From an uncultured virus (IMG/VR IMGVR_UViG_3300035034_002688) (lineage: Duplodnaviria; Heunggongvirae; Uroviricota; Caudoviricetes): a DNA stretch of 64,000 bases. Positions within the stretch are counted from its first letter, which is position 1; each line of letters opens with the position of its first letter. The notes under the pieces were generated by a model. That model was not told where the DNA came from and ran no database searches. It worked only from the letters and a program-made list of their open reading frames with translations. The stretch is taken from IMG/VR virus record IMGVR_UViG_3300035034_002688; one strand, written 5' to 3'. Below are positions 35,393 to 45,546 of this stretch, one piece after another. Both the position numbers and the translations under genes were made by a program.

Positions 35393-38300
35393 TTAGGGCG
35401 TTCGGATCTCGCCTCGGAGCCCCAGGAAGTCTGCGAGCAGTCGGACCGCCTCCGTCTCGACACCCCACCCCACGTCCTCCGAGACGAGCACCTCGCCGTC
35501 CCAGCTCTCCAGTCTCAGGGTCTGGTTGGCGATCTCTCGGGTGGCACAGAAGTCCCGGATCTGTCGGAAGACCATGACCGAGTGCATCGAACCTCGCTCG
35601 TCCAGGGGGGCCAGCGGATTGCCGTGGAGTCGGTACGTCAAGATGGGACCCCCAAGGTACTTGCTCGTCTTGTTCTGGTAGCTCATGTATGCGTCTCCAA
35701 AGTCGCAGATGTCGTCCTTAACGAGGACCTCGGCGCCCGTCTCCTCATCTACCGCGAGGAGACCCCTCGGCAGGACCTCCTCTCCTTGCTCGTTGATATA
35801 CCACATCCCCGGCTCGAACTCGATGTGGCGCCAGAGGGACTCGGGCACCGGCTCCGGCGCGCGTACGGACGGGTTGTAGGGGTGGAACTCGGACCAGTTA
35901 TAGCACACGTCAAAAGTCGGCCCAAGCTCAATATCACAGCGCAAGGGCACCGGCCACTTGAGCGCTCGCCCGAGGTCGGTCATCTTCTCGACGATCACCG
36001 GCACCAGCTCGTCGAGCTTGTCCTTGCGCATCTCGAAGACAAGCTCATCGTGAATGCAGATCATGAGGCGGCAGTCGTCGAGCTTGTCGTTCGCTTTGAG
36101 CCAGTCAAAGATCCTCCACATGCCGTACTTGGTCAGGTCTCCCGTCGCGCTGCCCTGGATGATGCCGTTGACCGCGTTACGCTGCGCCTTGGCCGAGATC
36201 CAGGAGTCGTGGTTGTCAATGTCTGGCAGGCGGATGCGACGCCCGACCGCCGTTTTGACTTGCTTGTTTTGTGCGCACTCCTTGTGAATGTCGCTGATCC
36301 AGGCTCGCAACTTCGGGAGCCCACTGAGCATCTTCTCCTTGATCTCTGCGCCTTCATCACGGGACACGCCCGTCGCGCGCGCCACCGCTGACCCGCCGCC
36401 TCCGTAGAGGACCGAGAAGTTGGCGCCCTTGGAGTTCTGGCGGTACTTCTTGAAGTCAGGCTTGCGCAGGACCTCATCCCCATACACGATCTGGGTCGTG
36501 AGCGTGTGCAGGTCACCGATCTTGTCGCTGCCGCACTTGGGACACAGCGCCGGGGGAGTCCCCACCGGCGTGCTGTAGCGCTCATCGTTGAACTCGTGCT
36601 TACACGTCGAGCAGCGGAAGAACTCGTTGATCCAACGCGGCTCCCCGGACAGGTTCGCCGCGAGACGAAGCTCGACGCCGCTCTGGTCGATTGCGACGAT
36701 CACAAACCCAGGGCGCGCCTTGATGGCGGGACGCACTGAGGAGTCCAGGCTCAACATCTTCGTGTTCGGCTTGGCGATGCCCTCCTCGTTCACGAAGGGC
36801 TCATCCTCGTACGTACAGGACTCCTGGAAGGGGCAACCCTCACACGACTTGGCGACGCATCGCTCTTCGTTCTTGTACGTATCGAGCACGAAGTGGTTGT
36901 CGTAGACGCGCGCCAGGAAGTCCACCCCTCGGAGCTTGTCAAAGCTCTCGTACCAGACGGCATCCGGATTGCCCGGCCCCTTGGGGCGAGAGATGATGAG
37001 CTTGGATGCGAACTTGCCCCGGTTGTAGCACGCAGGCGCCGACTGCACGTTGATCCCCGAGTACCCGTGATCCCACTTGCCCTTGGACGCGGCGAAACGT
37101 CCCGTATCCACTCGGTGCGGGTTGAAGGAGAAGTGGGTGGATTCATCCTGGAGAACGTGCGACGGGTTGCGCGGCAGCGCGTCATTGCGGTAGCCGTCCG
37201 TGTTGGTCTGGAGCGGCCCAAGGTAGGTCGAGTCAACCTTCTGGAGACCGCGATAGGTCCGAATGAGCTTCAAGAAGGGGAAGGTGTCTCCGACCTTCTC
37301 GCACAAGGCCTCGATCACATCGTCTGAGGTTTTTACCTGACCGGACTTCTCCGTCCGAACCAGTTCGGCCTTGATGAGCCCCTTGCCGTGGAGGTAGTCC
37401 ATACCCGCTCCCAGCGTGGCGGGCTTGCTCACGTCGTTCACCGTCATGGGGAACCCAAAGCCGGAGAACCCCTGGGCGATCTGCTCGCACACCTCCTGAG
37501 TGTACTCCTGCACCTCGTAACGCACTCGGGAGAGGTAGTCCAGATCAATGTGAGGCCGGTTACGTTCCATCCACCGCGTCGCCGCGACGTTACCCCTCTC
37601 CAGACTGTAGACCCCCTTCTGCTCGGCGCGCACGCTCGGAGGCGACCCCTTCTCACAAGGCTCCAGGTCCACGACTCGGAGCTGTTTGGCCCCCTTTACG
37701 ACCTTGCCGTGCTCATCTCGGGGATACTCCAGCCGAGGCACCGCGTAGTGGGTATCAAACAGCACGTAGAGCTTGTAGGTGCAGATGGCGTCCGCGCCCG
37801 CGTACCACAGCGTAGCCATGTCAGACGGGTCCAGCGTGGAGAAGTTGTAGTCCTTCAGGCTCTCGTCGAACAGCTCCGGCAGCTCGATCATCTCCAGGCC
37901 GAGGTGGCGGGAGGACAGACTCTTGAGGCCATGTCGCTTGCTGGACGAGTCGTGGAGGTAGCTCAGGATCAACGTGTCCTCGAAATCCTCGATGCCTCCC
38001 ACCTCGTAACCGGCGCCTTCGAGGATCTCATGGTCAAAGAGCGTGTTGTGGAAGATGCACACGCAGACGTCGAGCAGGCGTTGGATGTGTGGGAAGACGA
38101 CATCGGGCTCCAGGTTGTGCGACGCTCCTCCCTGGCGATGCCGCACAGGCACGTACACACCTTCGTGGCCATCGTAGCTCATGCAATACCCGACGATCTG
38201 GTCGACCGTCTCTCCGGAGGGCCTCCGGCGCGTATCGAGGCCCGTCGTCTCAATGTCCAACGCACACAGCTTCGAGGCGCACGCCCGGTCCACGTAGGCC

Positions 38301-38419
38301 TTGAGGGCTTCCTCCGTGTCGAGCAGCGTGAACTCGTGATCGTGCATCCACTCCTTGGGCTTGACCTCGACGACTTCGCGTAGCCCGAAGAACTCGTCCA
38401 GGCCCATCTGATCACTCAT
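35393..38419 (-). CDS. polA: Family A DNA polymerase with 3'-5' exonuclease
   Basis: LDIETTGL, HNTLFD, YAGADA (exo); TGRFAAS, DQSGVELR, RQNSKGANFSVLYG, NGIIQGSA, IHDELVFE (pol). Confidence 0.95.
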   Translation of the reverse strand: MSDQMGLDEFFGLREVVEVKPKEWMHDHEFTLLDTEEALKAYVDRACASKLCALDIETTGLDTRRRPSGETVDQIVGYCMSYDGHEGVYVPVRHRQGGASHNLEPDVVFPHIQRLLDVCVCIFHNTLFDHEILEGAGYEVGGIEDFEDTLILSYLHDSSSKRHGLKSLSSRHLGLEMIELPELFDESLKDYNFSTLDPSDMATLWYAGADAICTYKLYVLFDTHYAVPRLEYPRDEHGKVVKGAKQLRVVDLEPCEKGSPPSVRAEQKGVYSLERGNVAATRWMERNRPHIDLDYLSRVRYEVQEYTQEVCEQIAQGFSGFGFPMTVNDVSKPATLGAGMDYLHGKGLIKAELVRTEKSGQVKTSDDVIEALCEKVGDTFPFLKLIRTYRGLQKVDSTYLGPLQTNTDGYRNDALPRNPSHVLQDESTHFSFNPHRVDTGRFAASKGKWDHGYSGINVQSAPACYNRGKFASKLIISRPKGPGNPDAVWYESFDKLRGVDFLARVYDNHFVLDTYKNEERCVAKSCEGCPFQESCTYEDEPFVNEEGIAKPNTKMLSLDSSVRPAIKARPGFVIVAIDQSGVELRLAANLSGEPRWINEFFRCSTCKHEFNDERYSTPVGTPPALCPKCGSDKIGDLHTLTTQIVYGDEVLRKPDFKKYRQNSKGANFSVLYGGGGSAVARATGVSRDEGAEIKEKMLSGLPKLRAWISDIHKECAQNKQVKTAVGRRIRLPDIDNHDSWISAKAQRNAVNGIIQGSATGDLTKYGMWRIFDWLKANDKLDDCRLMICIHDELVFEMRKDKLDELVPVIVEKMTDLGRALKWPVPLRCDIELGPTFDVCYNWSEFHPYNPSVRAPEPVPESLWRHIEFEPGMWYINEQGEEVLPRGLLAVDEETGAEVLVKDDICDFGDAYMSYQNKTSKYLGGPILTYRLHGNPLAPLDERGSMHSVMVFRQIRDFCATREIANQTLRLESWDGEVLVSEDVGWGVETEAVRLLADFLGLRGEIRTP

Positions 38420-38437
38420 CGCATCTCTCCTTCGTAT

Positions 38438-38905
38438 TTACGTAAGCCAGCGGAACACCCAGATGTCTGAGCGCCACAGCTCCACGATTCGGTTCAAACA
38501 TACCAACGCATCCTGAGCGCATTCGACCCCCACGTCGTAGCACGGAGGCTGATTCTTATGGTCCGCCACGCACTTGCGCGAGTCCCACGTTGGACACGTC
38601 GCGCGGTGTTGGCAGGGGTGGTACGCCTTGGGCAGTCGTCTCAAGCAGTTCTGAGGCGCAAGGGCTCCCGCGTCAATCAGGGGCCGCGCGTAGTTCTGTC
38701 TCAAGCTGAGGTAGTCATGATGCCCCAGTTCCGGAATCAGGTCTACCATCTCTTCCAGGCCTCCGGGATCTTTCGCGCTCCGAGCCTCAAGCTCCAGGCG
38801 CAACGGCTCCCACTCAGGCTCCCACGTCCCGTCTTCCATCGTCTGAATGCCGTAGACCTTGATGGAGCCCCATCCCGGATGCGCGGCGGTAAATTGTGTC
38901 GGCAT
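38438..38905 (-). CDS. Hypothetical Cys-rich protein
   Basis: 155-aa ORF within the replication block. Confidence 0.65.
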   Translation of the reverse strand: MPTQFTAAHPGWGSIKVYGIQTMEDGTWEPEWEPLRLELEARSAKDPGGLEEMVDLIPELGHHDYLSLRQNYARPLIDAGALAPQNCLRRLPKAYHPCQHRATCPTWDSRKCVADHKNQPPCYDVGVECAQDALVCLNRIVELWRSDIWVFRWLT

Positions 38906-38914
38906 GTCGAGGTC

Positions 38915-39577
38915 CTACAGGTTGCGCACGACTTCCCAGACGCGCCCTACGAGCATCTTGGCCTTGTCGGGCGGGAGGGTGTCATGTTCAAGCGCGAAAC
39001 GCGCCGTGTCGAGGGCATAGTACAGACGATTTGCCCTCTCCATCCCCACAGCCTCGGGCCGGACCTTGACGATGCGCGTCAGAACGCTCTCTACGGTCTC
39101 CACAGCCGTCTCAACCGACGCCTTGAGGTTGGACCCGCCCTGAAGCCCTTGAGCGCCTCCAGCGGCCTGTGAGCCCCCAAGGGTCGGTGCCTTCTCTCCC
39201 TTGGACGGATCAAAGGAGAAGTCGGCTCTTGGGATGTTCTTGATGTGGAAGGATCGCTCGATGTGTGAGAGCCCCTTTCCAAAAGAGAGGCCTTCTTTGT
39301 CCTGGACCCACCTCACGCAGTCTCGGGACTTGTGGCAAGCGAAGCAATAGGTGCCCCCAGAGCCGTTGTCGTTGTCCGGATACATGCGCGCCGAGTAGGA
39401 GTTGTCCTGTCCGTCTCCGTGCAGCGGGCACGGGAACTGGAACTCCCGGTCCACCGCTCGAACGTCGATGCCGTAGTGCGCCAGGACGCTGGCCACGGTC
39501 AACTGCCGCTTGATGTTGTCCACCCGGAGTCGCATGTACTCCTTGATGGCCGGATCGACTTCTCGGTTGATGGACAC
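38915..39577 (-). CDS. Stand-alone primase CHC2 zinc-finger protein
   Basis: CPLH...D..YSA...YCFACH...D.V.WV...EGLSF; no TOPRIM domain follows. Confidence 0.8.
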   Translation of the reverse strand: MSINREVDPAIKEYMRLRVDNIKRQLTVASVLAHYGIDVRAVDREFQFPCPLHGDGQDNSYSARMYPDNDNGSGGTYCFACHKSRDCVRWVQDKEGLSFGKGLSHIERSFHIKNIPRADFSFDPSKGEKAPTLGGSQAAGGAQGLQGGSNLKASVETAVETVESVLTRIVKVRPEAVGMERANRLYYALDTARFALEHDTLPPDKAKMLVGRVWEVVRNL

Positions 39578-39580
39578 CTA

Positions 39581-42523
39581 TCACGCCTCCTCAGACTCGT
39601 CGGAAGCGTCCGGCACGTCTTCGAGGCTCATGCGAGACGGCCTGGACGTACGGGCGTGGGTGCGACGCTCGGCCTGCGCCTCTTCTCGCTCGCGTTGAGT
39701 GGTCTCCACGCGCGCCGTATCAGCGGCCATGATGTTCTCGATCTCATCGTCGGTGGCCGCGTTGAGCAAGGACGCGTGGTTGCCAAAGTCAACCTCGTTG
39801 GCCATGTACCGCGTGTCCCAGTCAATCAGCGCCGTGAACGGCAGGAAGTGAGGGTTGTCTCGATTCTTCAGACAGCCAAACTTCGTACGCCCGCGCGCGC
39901 GCAGCTCCGCGTTGAGGTAGGTCGTCGTGATCACGTCCGAGGACCTCTCCGCCTCGTTTGCGTCGGCCAGCGCCTGCGTGCGGTACACGCCATCGCTCTT
40001 GTCTGCGTCGAGCTTACCCTGGCGGTTGATCTGGAGCAGCCCCAGGACGCCCACGCGCTCTCCCTGGTTGAACGTCAGGGCCAGCCTCTTGGCATCCCTC
40101 AGGATGGAGTTGAGGTCGGTGTAGTAGTTGCCCGAGAACTCGGCCGGCTTCAGGAGCGCGAAGTGGTCGATCACGCACATGTGAATGGGCGTCTGTGCGT
40201 GTCGCATCTCCATGGCCTGCTTGAGCTTGGGGATCGTCATGTCCTCGTCCGGGGAGTGCACGTAGACTGACCCGTAGCTGTGGCCCCGGTTCGCTTCGAT
40301 GTCGTCGATGATGTGGTCGTAGAATGCGATCTGCTCCGCCGTGATCGGATTGCCCGCCTCGTCCTCGCCATCACGGATCACCCGGTACGTGAGCTTGGGC
40401 CACCCCTGACCCTGAAACTTCGGGTGGTTGGAGTGCATCACGTACATGATGCGCTGGAGGTGCTCGACCGACATCTCCATTGACAGGTAATAGACGTTGT
40501 ACTGGAGGAGGAAGGCGGCGCGGTAAATCCAGTTGAGCGCGAACGACGTGTTGTGGGTGATGATGTCGTTGACCACGAAGCTGTGGTGCTCGGGCACGCT
40601 CAGATCATAGGTCATTTCCACGCCCTTGGGGGTGATGGACTCGATCTGCTCCCAGGCTACCTCACCCCCCAGATGGCGCTCCAACTCCGGCTTGAGTGTC
40701 GTAAATAACGCCAAGGAATCCGCAGTCAAGCCCGCCCTTTTGCGTGCCTGACCGACATAACGCCAGGAACCTGTATCAGTGGCGACTCTATGGTTGTCTT
40801 CCAACCCCGCAAGTAGCTCACTGGGGAACACCCGGTCATCCCCACAAGGCAAACGATTCGCCAGTACCTCGAAACGCTCACGCTTCCCCGGCACGACCAC
40901 CTGAGCACAGAACTGCTGCTTACCCGGCCGGGTAATCACTCGCACGGTGTAGAAAAGGTACGGCTCGTCTTTATAGGTAGTCGCAACAGGGCGCACCGTA
41001 GACGGAATGCCCAGACGCAACAGCAAACCCTGGACTCCCACGGCCAACTTCCGGCTCACCGATGTGTAAGTGATGTCGTTGCGACGGCTATCGGAGGTTC
41101 GGTCAGGGCGTTCATGATCACCGGTGTGGCAGGACCCGTCAGTAGCCCAGAGAGCGCCCAACAGGAGCGCAATCTGCGTATCGGGGAGACCAAACAGTTC
41201 CCCAGGGATGAACTTTTCATGTGAGCCTACCTGCCACAACCCAAGAGACCGCAAACGCGCCGCAAGAGGCGACACCATCTCCGAATTCCCGAGCCCCAAG
41301 CTCCGGCTCACTCGCAGGAATGGCGCCCGGTCCGAGGTCTCCTCCCGACACCAATTGAGGGTCTCATAAGTGGCAGGACCCTCCTGGTAACCCAGCACCT
41401 CCAAACAAGCGATGAACACGTCTTGCACTTCTGTACAGGTCGCAGTCAAGCCAAACGTTGACTTGCCCAGAGTCCCATCCCCCAGGAGCAAACCGATTGC
41501 CTGCACTTCCGCGTCGGAGAAGTCCGTGCGGGGCTGAGGCACTTTCATCACAGACGGTACACCTACCCAAGTACCTTCGGACAGCTCTCCAACTTCACGC
41601 CACGAGCCGCCACCCTCCGCAGTCCACAGAGGGTGATTTGCAGTAAGCGTAACGGTACGCCCCGAGGAGGTTCGCACCTCAAAAACCTCGCGCTCCCCAT
41701 TCTCTACGAGATGCGAGGCCTGCGCCTGTACCAACAACGGCTCGGCGCCTTCGTGTTTGAGGGCCGTGACTACAGGGAGTGCGTTGTGGTTATAGAGGTC
41801 TCGCACGCTCTCCAGCTTTTTGGTGTCGTGGTTGAAGACTAACGTATCCCCTGCCATGCACTTCAGCTCTCCGGTTGAGGCGGCGTGGGTCCACATCTCA
41901 CCCGGCTTGAGTCCTCGGCACACCACGTCAATGTCTTCGAGTCCACACAGACATCCCCAGGTCAGCTTCTCGGCTGCCAGGACTCGGTTCATCTCGTCTC
42001 GCGCGAAGTCCGTATCCTCCACGATGTCGGCCTTCGTCCTGGAGCCCGAGCTGTGGCTCATGAGGCGGTCGGAATGCTTCATGAGGTAGAGCATCGCGTC
42101 CCGGTATCCCTTCAGGTGCAAGGTCTTGCGTCCCTCCTTCATTGACATCCCGTTGAAGAGGATGTCGTTGGCCGTCTTGAGGGCGATGTGGAGGTCCTGA
42201 TCACGCTGCCCCTCCACGACGTCATGGACAAGGGCCTCGAAGTCCGCGCCGGTGTACGTGGTAAAGGTGGCCTGGACCTCCTTGAGCCTCTCCGAGGTGA
42301 CCGCCTCACCCTCACGCTCGTAGTAGTCGTGCAGACTCTGGGGCTTTGGCAGCTCTCCAAACTGCGTGGCGAACCCCTGGATGAAGTCCCAGATGTCCTG
42401 GTCTTCTGCGTCTGGGAGGCGGAGGTCTGAACCTGAGAGGGCCGCGTAGTTACGCTTGAGGTCGTCCTGTGGGATCTTACCATCCACGTCGAGGACACTG
42501 CGAAGGATCTTGGTGAGGCTCAT
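39581..42523 (-). CDS. dnaB: DnaB-like replicative helicase with intein
   Basis: GLKPGE..AASTGELK|TS, SMEM, VIDH, LQINR, EAERSSD, KNRD motifs. Confidence 0.88.
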   Translation of the reverse strand: MSLTKILRSVLDVDGKIPQDDLKRNYAALSGSDLRLPDAEDQDIWDFIQGFATQFGELPKPQSLHDYYEREGEAVTSERLKEVQATFTTYTGADFEALVHDVVEGQRDQDLHIALKTANDILFNGMSMKEGRKTLHLKGYRDAMLYLMKHSDRLMSHSSGSRTKADIVEDTDFARDEMNRVLAAEKLTWGCLCGLEDIDVVCRGLKPGEMWTHAASTGELKCMAGDTLVFNHDTKKLESVRDLYNHNALPVVTALKHEGAEPLLVQAQASHLVENGEREVFEVRTSSGRTVTLTANHPLWTAEGGGSWREVGELSEGTWVGVPSVMKVPQPRTDFSDAEVQAIGLLLGDGTLGKSTFGLTATCTEVQDVFIACLEVLGYQEGPATYETLNWCREETSDRAPFLRVSRSLGLGNSEMVSPLAARLRSLGLWQVGSHEKFIPGELFGLPDTQIALLLGALWATDGSCHTGDHERPDRTSDSRRNDITYTSVSRKLAVGVQGLLLRLGIPSTVRPVATTYKDEPYLFYTVRVITRPGKQQFCAQVVVPGKRERFEVLANRLPCGDDRVFPSELLAGLEDNHRVATDTGSWRYVGQARKRAGLTADSLALFTTLKPELERHLGGEVAWEQIESITPKGVEMTYDLSVPEHHSFVVNDIITHNTSFALNWIYRAAFLLQYNVYYLSMEMSVEHLQRIMYVMHSNHPKFQGQGWPKLTYRVIRDGEDEAGNPITAEQIAFYDHIIDDIEANRGHSYGSVYVHSPDEDMTIPKLKQAMEMRHAQTPIHMCVIDHFALLKPAEFSGNYYTDLNSILRDAKRLALTFNQGERVGVLGLLQINRQGKLDADKSDGVYRTQALADANEAERSSDVITTTYLNAELRARGRTKFGCLKNRDNPHFLPFTALIDWDTRYMANEVDFGNHASLLNAATDDEIENIMAADTARVETTQREREEAQAERRTHARTSRPSRMSLEDVPDASDESEEA
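40550..41860 (-). mobile_element. Intein (437 aa) with LAGLIDADG-type homing endonuclease in the helicase Walker A
   Basis: Begins CMAGDT, TANHPL block B, LLLGDG and LWATDG endonuclease motifs, ends TYDLSV..HHSFVVNDIITHN followed by T. Confidence 0.93.
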
Positions 42524-42563
42524 ACTTGACTCGTATTTAACGTATCGTCGGGAAGGAAAGCGT

Positions 42564-43370
42564 TCAAAGGATGTTCATCGAGAGCTTCTTGCGGCGCGCC
42601 TTGGCCGCTGCTCGGGCTTCCTTTGGCGTCTTGGGCTCGTCACTGGTGCCCTTGACGATCGGCGCCACGCCCTTGTAGAGCGAGCGCGCGGGCTGAGTCG
42701 CCTCAATGCTCAAGGTCTCGAAATTCTCCGTGAGGTAGTCCGAGGCCTCCGGGCTCCACGCGAAGTGCCCCTCCACGTAGGGCTTGTTGTGTGCCGTCAC
42801 CACCCAGGTGGGAGCCCCCGCGAACCGGCGAATGCGCAGCGACTCCAGGAGCACCCCCGGCAACGCACGGTTGGAGTAGCTCGTCACTCCCAGGAAGACC
42901 ACAACCAGCGAGGGGTCCTCTACCAAGTCCCTCAGGCTTGTGAAGGTCACCTGCGTCGACCCGCTGTCCTTGGAGGTCTCCTTGTCCTTGGAGAGCCACG
43001 CGTCGAGCATCTGGGAGTCGTTGGTCACGCGGTGGAAGAAGTTTGTCCCCTGGCAGATCAACGCGTGTCGCAGATGCGGCAGGAAGTCCCTGCGGTTGGC
43101 CTTGATGAAGAGCGATTGATCCGTTCGGTCCTCAAAGGGCGAGCTTTTGAGAGGCTTCGCGTTGTAGATCTCATCTCCCAGGGAGTGCCTGTAGAGGTAG
43201 CGCAGCGTACACACGCACGGACGCTTGAAGTCCTTGGTGGTCCCCATTGAGATGTAGCCCGTCCCCGAGCAGACCTTGCAGTCATTCTCAGAGGCCGTCG
43301 GCGTCGCGAAATCCTGAACGCTCTTGCGCTCTTTGCTTGGCTTGTCGCCCTTGGTCGTCTTCGTCGTCAT
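42564..43370 (-). CDS. Putative degenerate DnaC/IstB-like helicase loader with N-terminal Zn finger
   Basis: CKVCSGTGY...RPCVC; LESLRIR...PTWVVT; no intact Walker A; adjacent to dnaB. Confidence 0.5.
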   Translation of the reverse strand: MTTKTTKGDKPSKERKSVQDFATPTASENDCKVCSGTGYISMGTTKDFKRPCVCTLRYLYRHSLGDEIYNAKPLKSSPFEDRTDQSLFIKANRRDFLPHLRHALICQGTNFFHRVTNDSQMLDAWLSKDKETSKDSGSTQVTFTSLRDLVEDPSLVVVFLGVTSYSNRALPGVLLESLRIRRFAGAPTWVVTAHNKPYVEGHFAWSPEASDYLTENFETLSIEATQPARSLYKGVAPIVKGTSDEPKTPKEARAAAKARRKKLSMNIL

Positions 43371-43401
43371 AGGTTGGGCTCGTTCGTGTCGTATGCGGTG
43401 A

Positions 43402-45117
43402 TCAGGTGTCGTCGAGTGAGGAGACCATGGCGTCATAGAGCGCCTTGGTCTCCGAGGGGCCAAACACGAAGTCGTCTTCAGCCTCCTCATCGTTGCCAAG
43501 GAGGCGCGCCCCCAGCGCTCCCTCGATGTAACCCATCTTCTTGCTCAAGGTGTCGGATACGTGCTTGTCGATCGTCGCTTCGCCAAAGGGGCCCTCCGCG
43601 ATAAGGTTCACAGCGTACACGGATTGATGAGGGGAGCCAATCCGAATCATCCGACCCACGAGCTGGAGAAGGTCCCCCGCGCTCCAGGGCAGATCAAAGA
43701 ACACCATGACCCGTGCCTGCTGTAGGTTTATACCCTCAGCCCCGGCCATCGTCAAGAAGATAACCCTGGTGTCGTCAGTCTCCGTAAAGGCGCGTCGGGC
43801 TGCGTCGCGCTGGTAGGTGTTCTCTGAGCCGGTGACCCGAACCATCCCTTTCCCATCTTTGCACGCGCGAGGCTCCCAGGCGCGACCCTCCCCAGGCTCA
43901 ATGCCCAGCTCGTAATCACGCGCCACGAGGAGGTCCTGTAGACGGTCCACCATCTTGCGGAAGCGAGTGAAGACGATCACCTTCTCCTCCGCCAGCTCAC
44001 CGTCGAGAAGCTCCAACAGGAGGTCCACCTTCGGGCTCGCCCCTTCGTTGCCGATCAAGTAGAGGTCGTCCACGATCTCCTGACAGTAGATCAGCTTGGT
44101 GAGGTGGCTGGTCTCCACGGCTGCGTCGTCGGCGTCTGGATCGAACAGGCTCGCCTCGGCCACCATCTCGTGACTCTCGTTGACTGCCAGGAGACCCGCC
44201 ACTGCGTCCTGGTAGTGTCGCCATTGATCACGACTCATCGAGACCTTGATCTCCTTGGTCGTCAAGACCGGCAGCTCCTTGGCGACCGTGTGCTTGGCTC
44301 GGCCAAGGTAGAAGGGGTCGATGCGCCCGCGAAACAGCTTGATGTGATCTCGCGTGTGTCCCACGATCATGGGCACCTTGCGTCCGCCCCCGATAGGTTG
44401 CATGCGAGTCACGCAGTAATTGCGCATGAACCCCTTCTCGGAGCTGAAGGTACCGGGCCGAACGACCGAGTAGATGCCGAACCCCTCCATGAGGTTGTTC
44501 TTGATCAGCGTCGCCGTGGCTCCGTAGACCCTCCAGGCGTTGTCCGCCAGACGTTTGGTCATGACGTGGGTGTTCGACTTGGGCGACTTCACCGCCGCAA
44601 CCTCATCGAGCCAAAGGACGTACTGGCGACCTCCCAGGTGTGCCTTGAGCTTTCGGTAGTCGATTCTCAGCCGGGGGTAGTTCGTGATCAGGACGCTTGG
44701 GTTGTCGGGGTCCCACGTCGAGAAGAACTCTTCGTAGACCTTCTCTCGCTGCTTGGCCGTACCGTCTACCATGAAGCAGCGAATGCCCGTGGTGAACTTG
44801 TCGAACTCCCCAGCCCACTGTCGAATCGCGCTCGTCGTCGTCACGAAGATCGGCACGAGGTTCGGCTCGCGTCCCCACAGGAGACACTGAGCCGCGATGG
44901 TCATGAGGCTCTTGCCCAAGCCCGTATCATCCCCGACCACGAAGCGCTTGCGCATGAGCAGGTGGAGGACCATCTGCTTCTGGTAGTGGCGCAGCTCGAA
45001 GGGCACGACGCTCCCATCCTTGAGCGTCAAGGTTTCTCTCAAGAACGGTGTGTGGGGTAGCGTGATCTGCTCACACTCGCGGACGCGCTGGAGCTTCTCA
45101 TAGGTCGAATCTGCCAT
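43402..45117 (-). CDS. SNF2-family helicase
   Basis: LRHYQ, GDDTGLGKS, DEVA, TATLIKN, KVIVFTRF, AGAEGINLQ, QLVGRMIRIG. Confidence 0.92.
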   Translation of the reverse strand: MADSTYEKLQRVRECEQITLPHTPFLRETLTLKDGSVVPFELRHYQKQMVLHLLMRKRFVVGDDTGLGKSLMTIAAQCLLWGREPNLVPIFVTTTSAIRQWAGEFDKFTTGIRCFMVDGTAKQREKVYEEFFSTWDPDNPSVLITNYPRLRIDYRKLKAHLGGRQYVLWLDEVAAVKSPKSNTHVMTKRLADNAWRVYGATATLIKNNLMEGFGIYSVVRPGTFSSEKGFMRNYCVTRMQPIGGGRKVPMIVGHTRDHIKLFRGRIDPFYLGRAKHTVAKELPVLTTKEIKVSMSRDQWRHYQDAVAGLLAVNESHEMVAEASLFDPDADDAAVETSHLTKLIYCQEIVDDLYLIGNEGASPKVDLLLELLDGELAEEKVIVFTRFRKMVDRLQDLLVARDYELGIEPGEGRAWEPRACKDGKGMVRVTGSENTYQRDAARRAFTETDDTRVIFLTMAGAEGINLQQARVMVFFDLPWSAGDLLQLVGRMIRIGSPHQSVYAVNLIAEGPFGEATIDKHVSDTLSKKMGYIEGALGARLLGNDEEAEDDFVFGPSETKALYDAMVSSLDDT

Positions 45118-45146
45118 AACTTCAATCTCACGTATCGGAGGAGGCT

Positions 45147-45467
45147 TCAGCCCATTACCAGCTCATAGACGTAGTTCAAGAGCGCGCGGCGAGCCTCTCC
45201 TGCCGGGGGGTTCTGCATTGCATGCAAAATCTCCCCCTCGGTGACTCCGTGAGCCCGTGCCACGTCTCGCAGCTTCTTGTCGCACAGACGCGTGAACGCA
45301 GGCTCCATCTCTCGCGTCAACCACAGGCGGTAGGCCTCAAACGCTTCACGCTTGGGCCCCTCCTGATTCAAAGTACGCCGGCGCTTGATGGCTTCTATGG
45401 GACGCTGCTCCGCGCGCACCTTTCGTACGAGCTGGAGCATGTAGTCGTGATCGGGTGCAGTCGTCAT
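45147..45467 (-). CDS. Hypothetical protein
   Basis: 106-aa ORF in the same-strand run. Confidence 0.55.
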   Translation of the reverse strand: MTTAPDHDYMLQLVRKVRAEQRPIEAIKRRRTLNQEGPKREAFEAYRLWLTREMEPAFTRLCDKKLRDVARAHGVTEGEILHAMQNPPAGEARRALLNYVYELVMG

Positions 45468-45546
45468 GGGGCCAGCTCACGTAGAGAGGGTGGCGGCCTT
45501 CGAGCTTGGAAGGCCGGGATGTGCATCTACAGGAGCCACAACGAGA

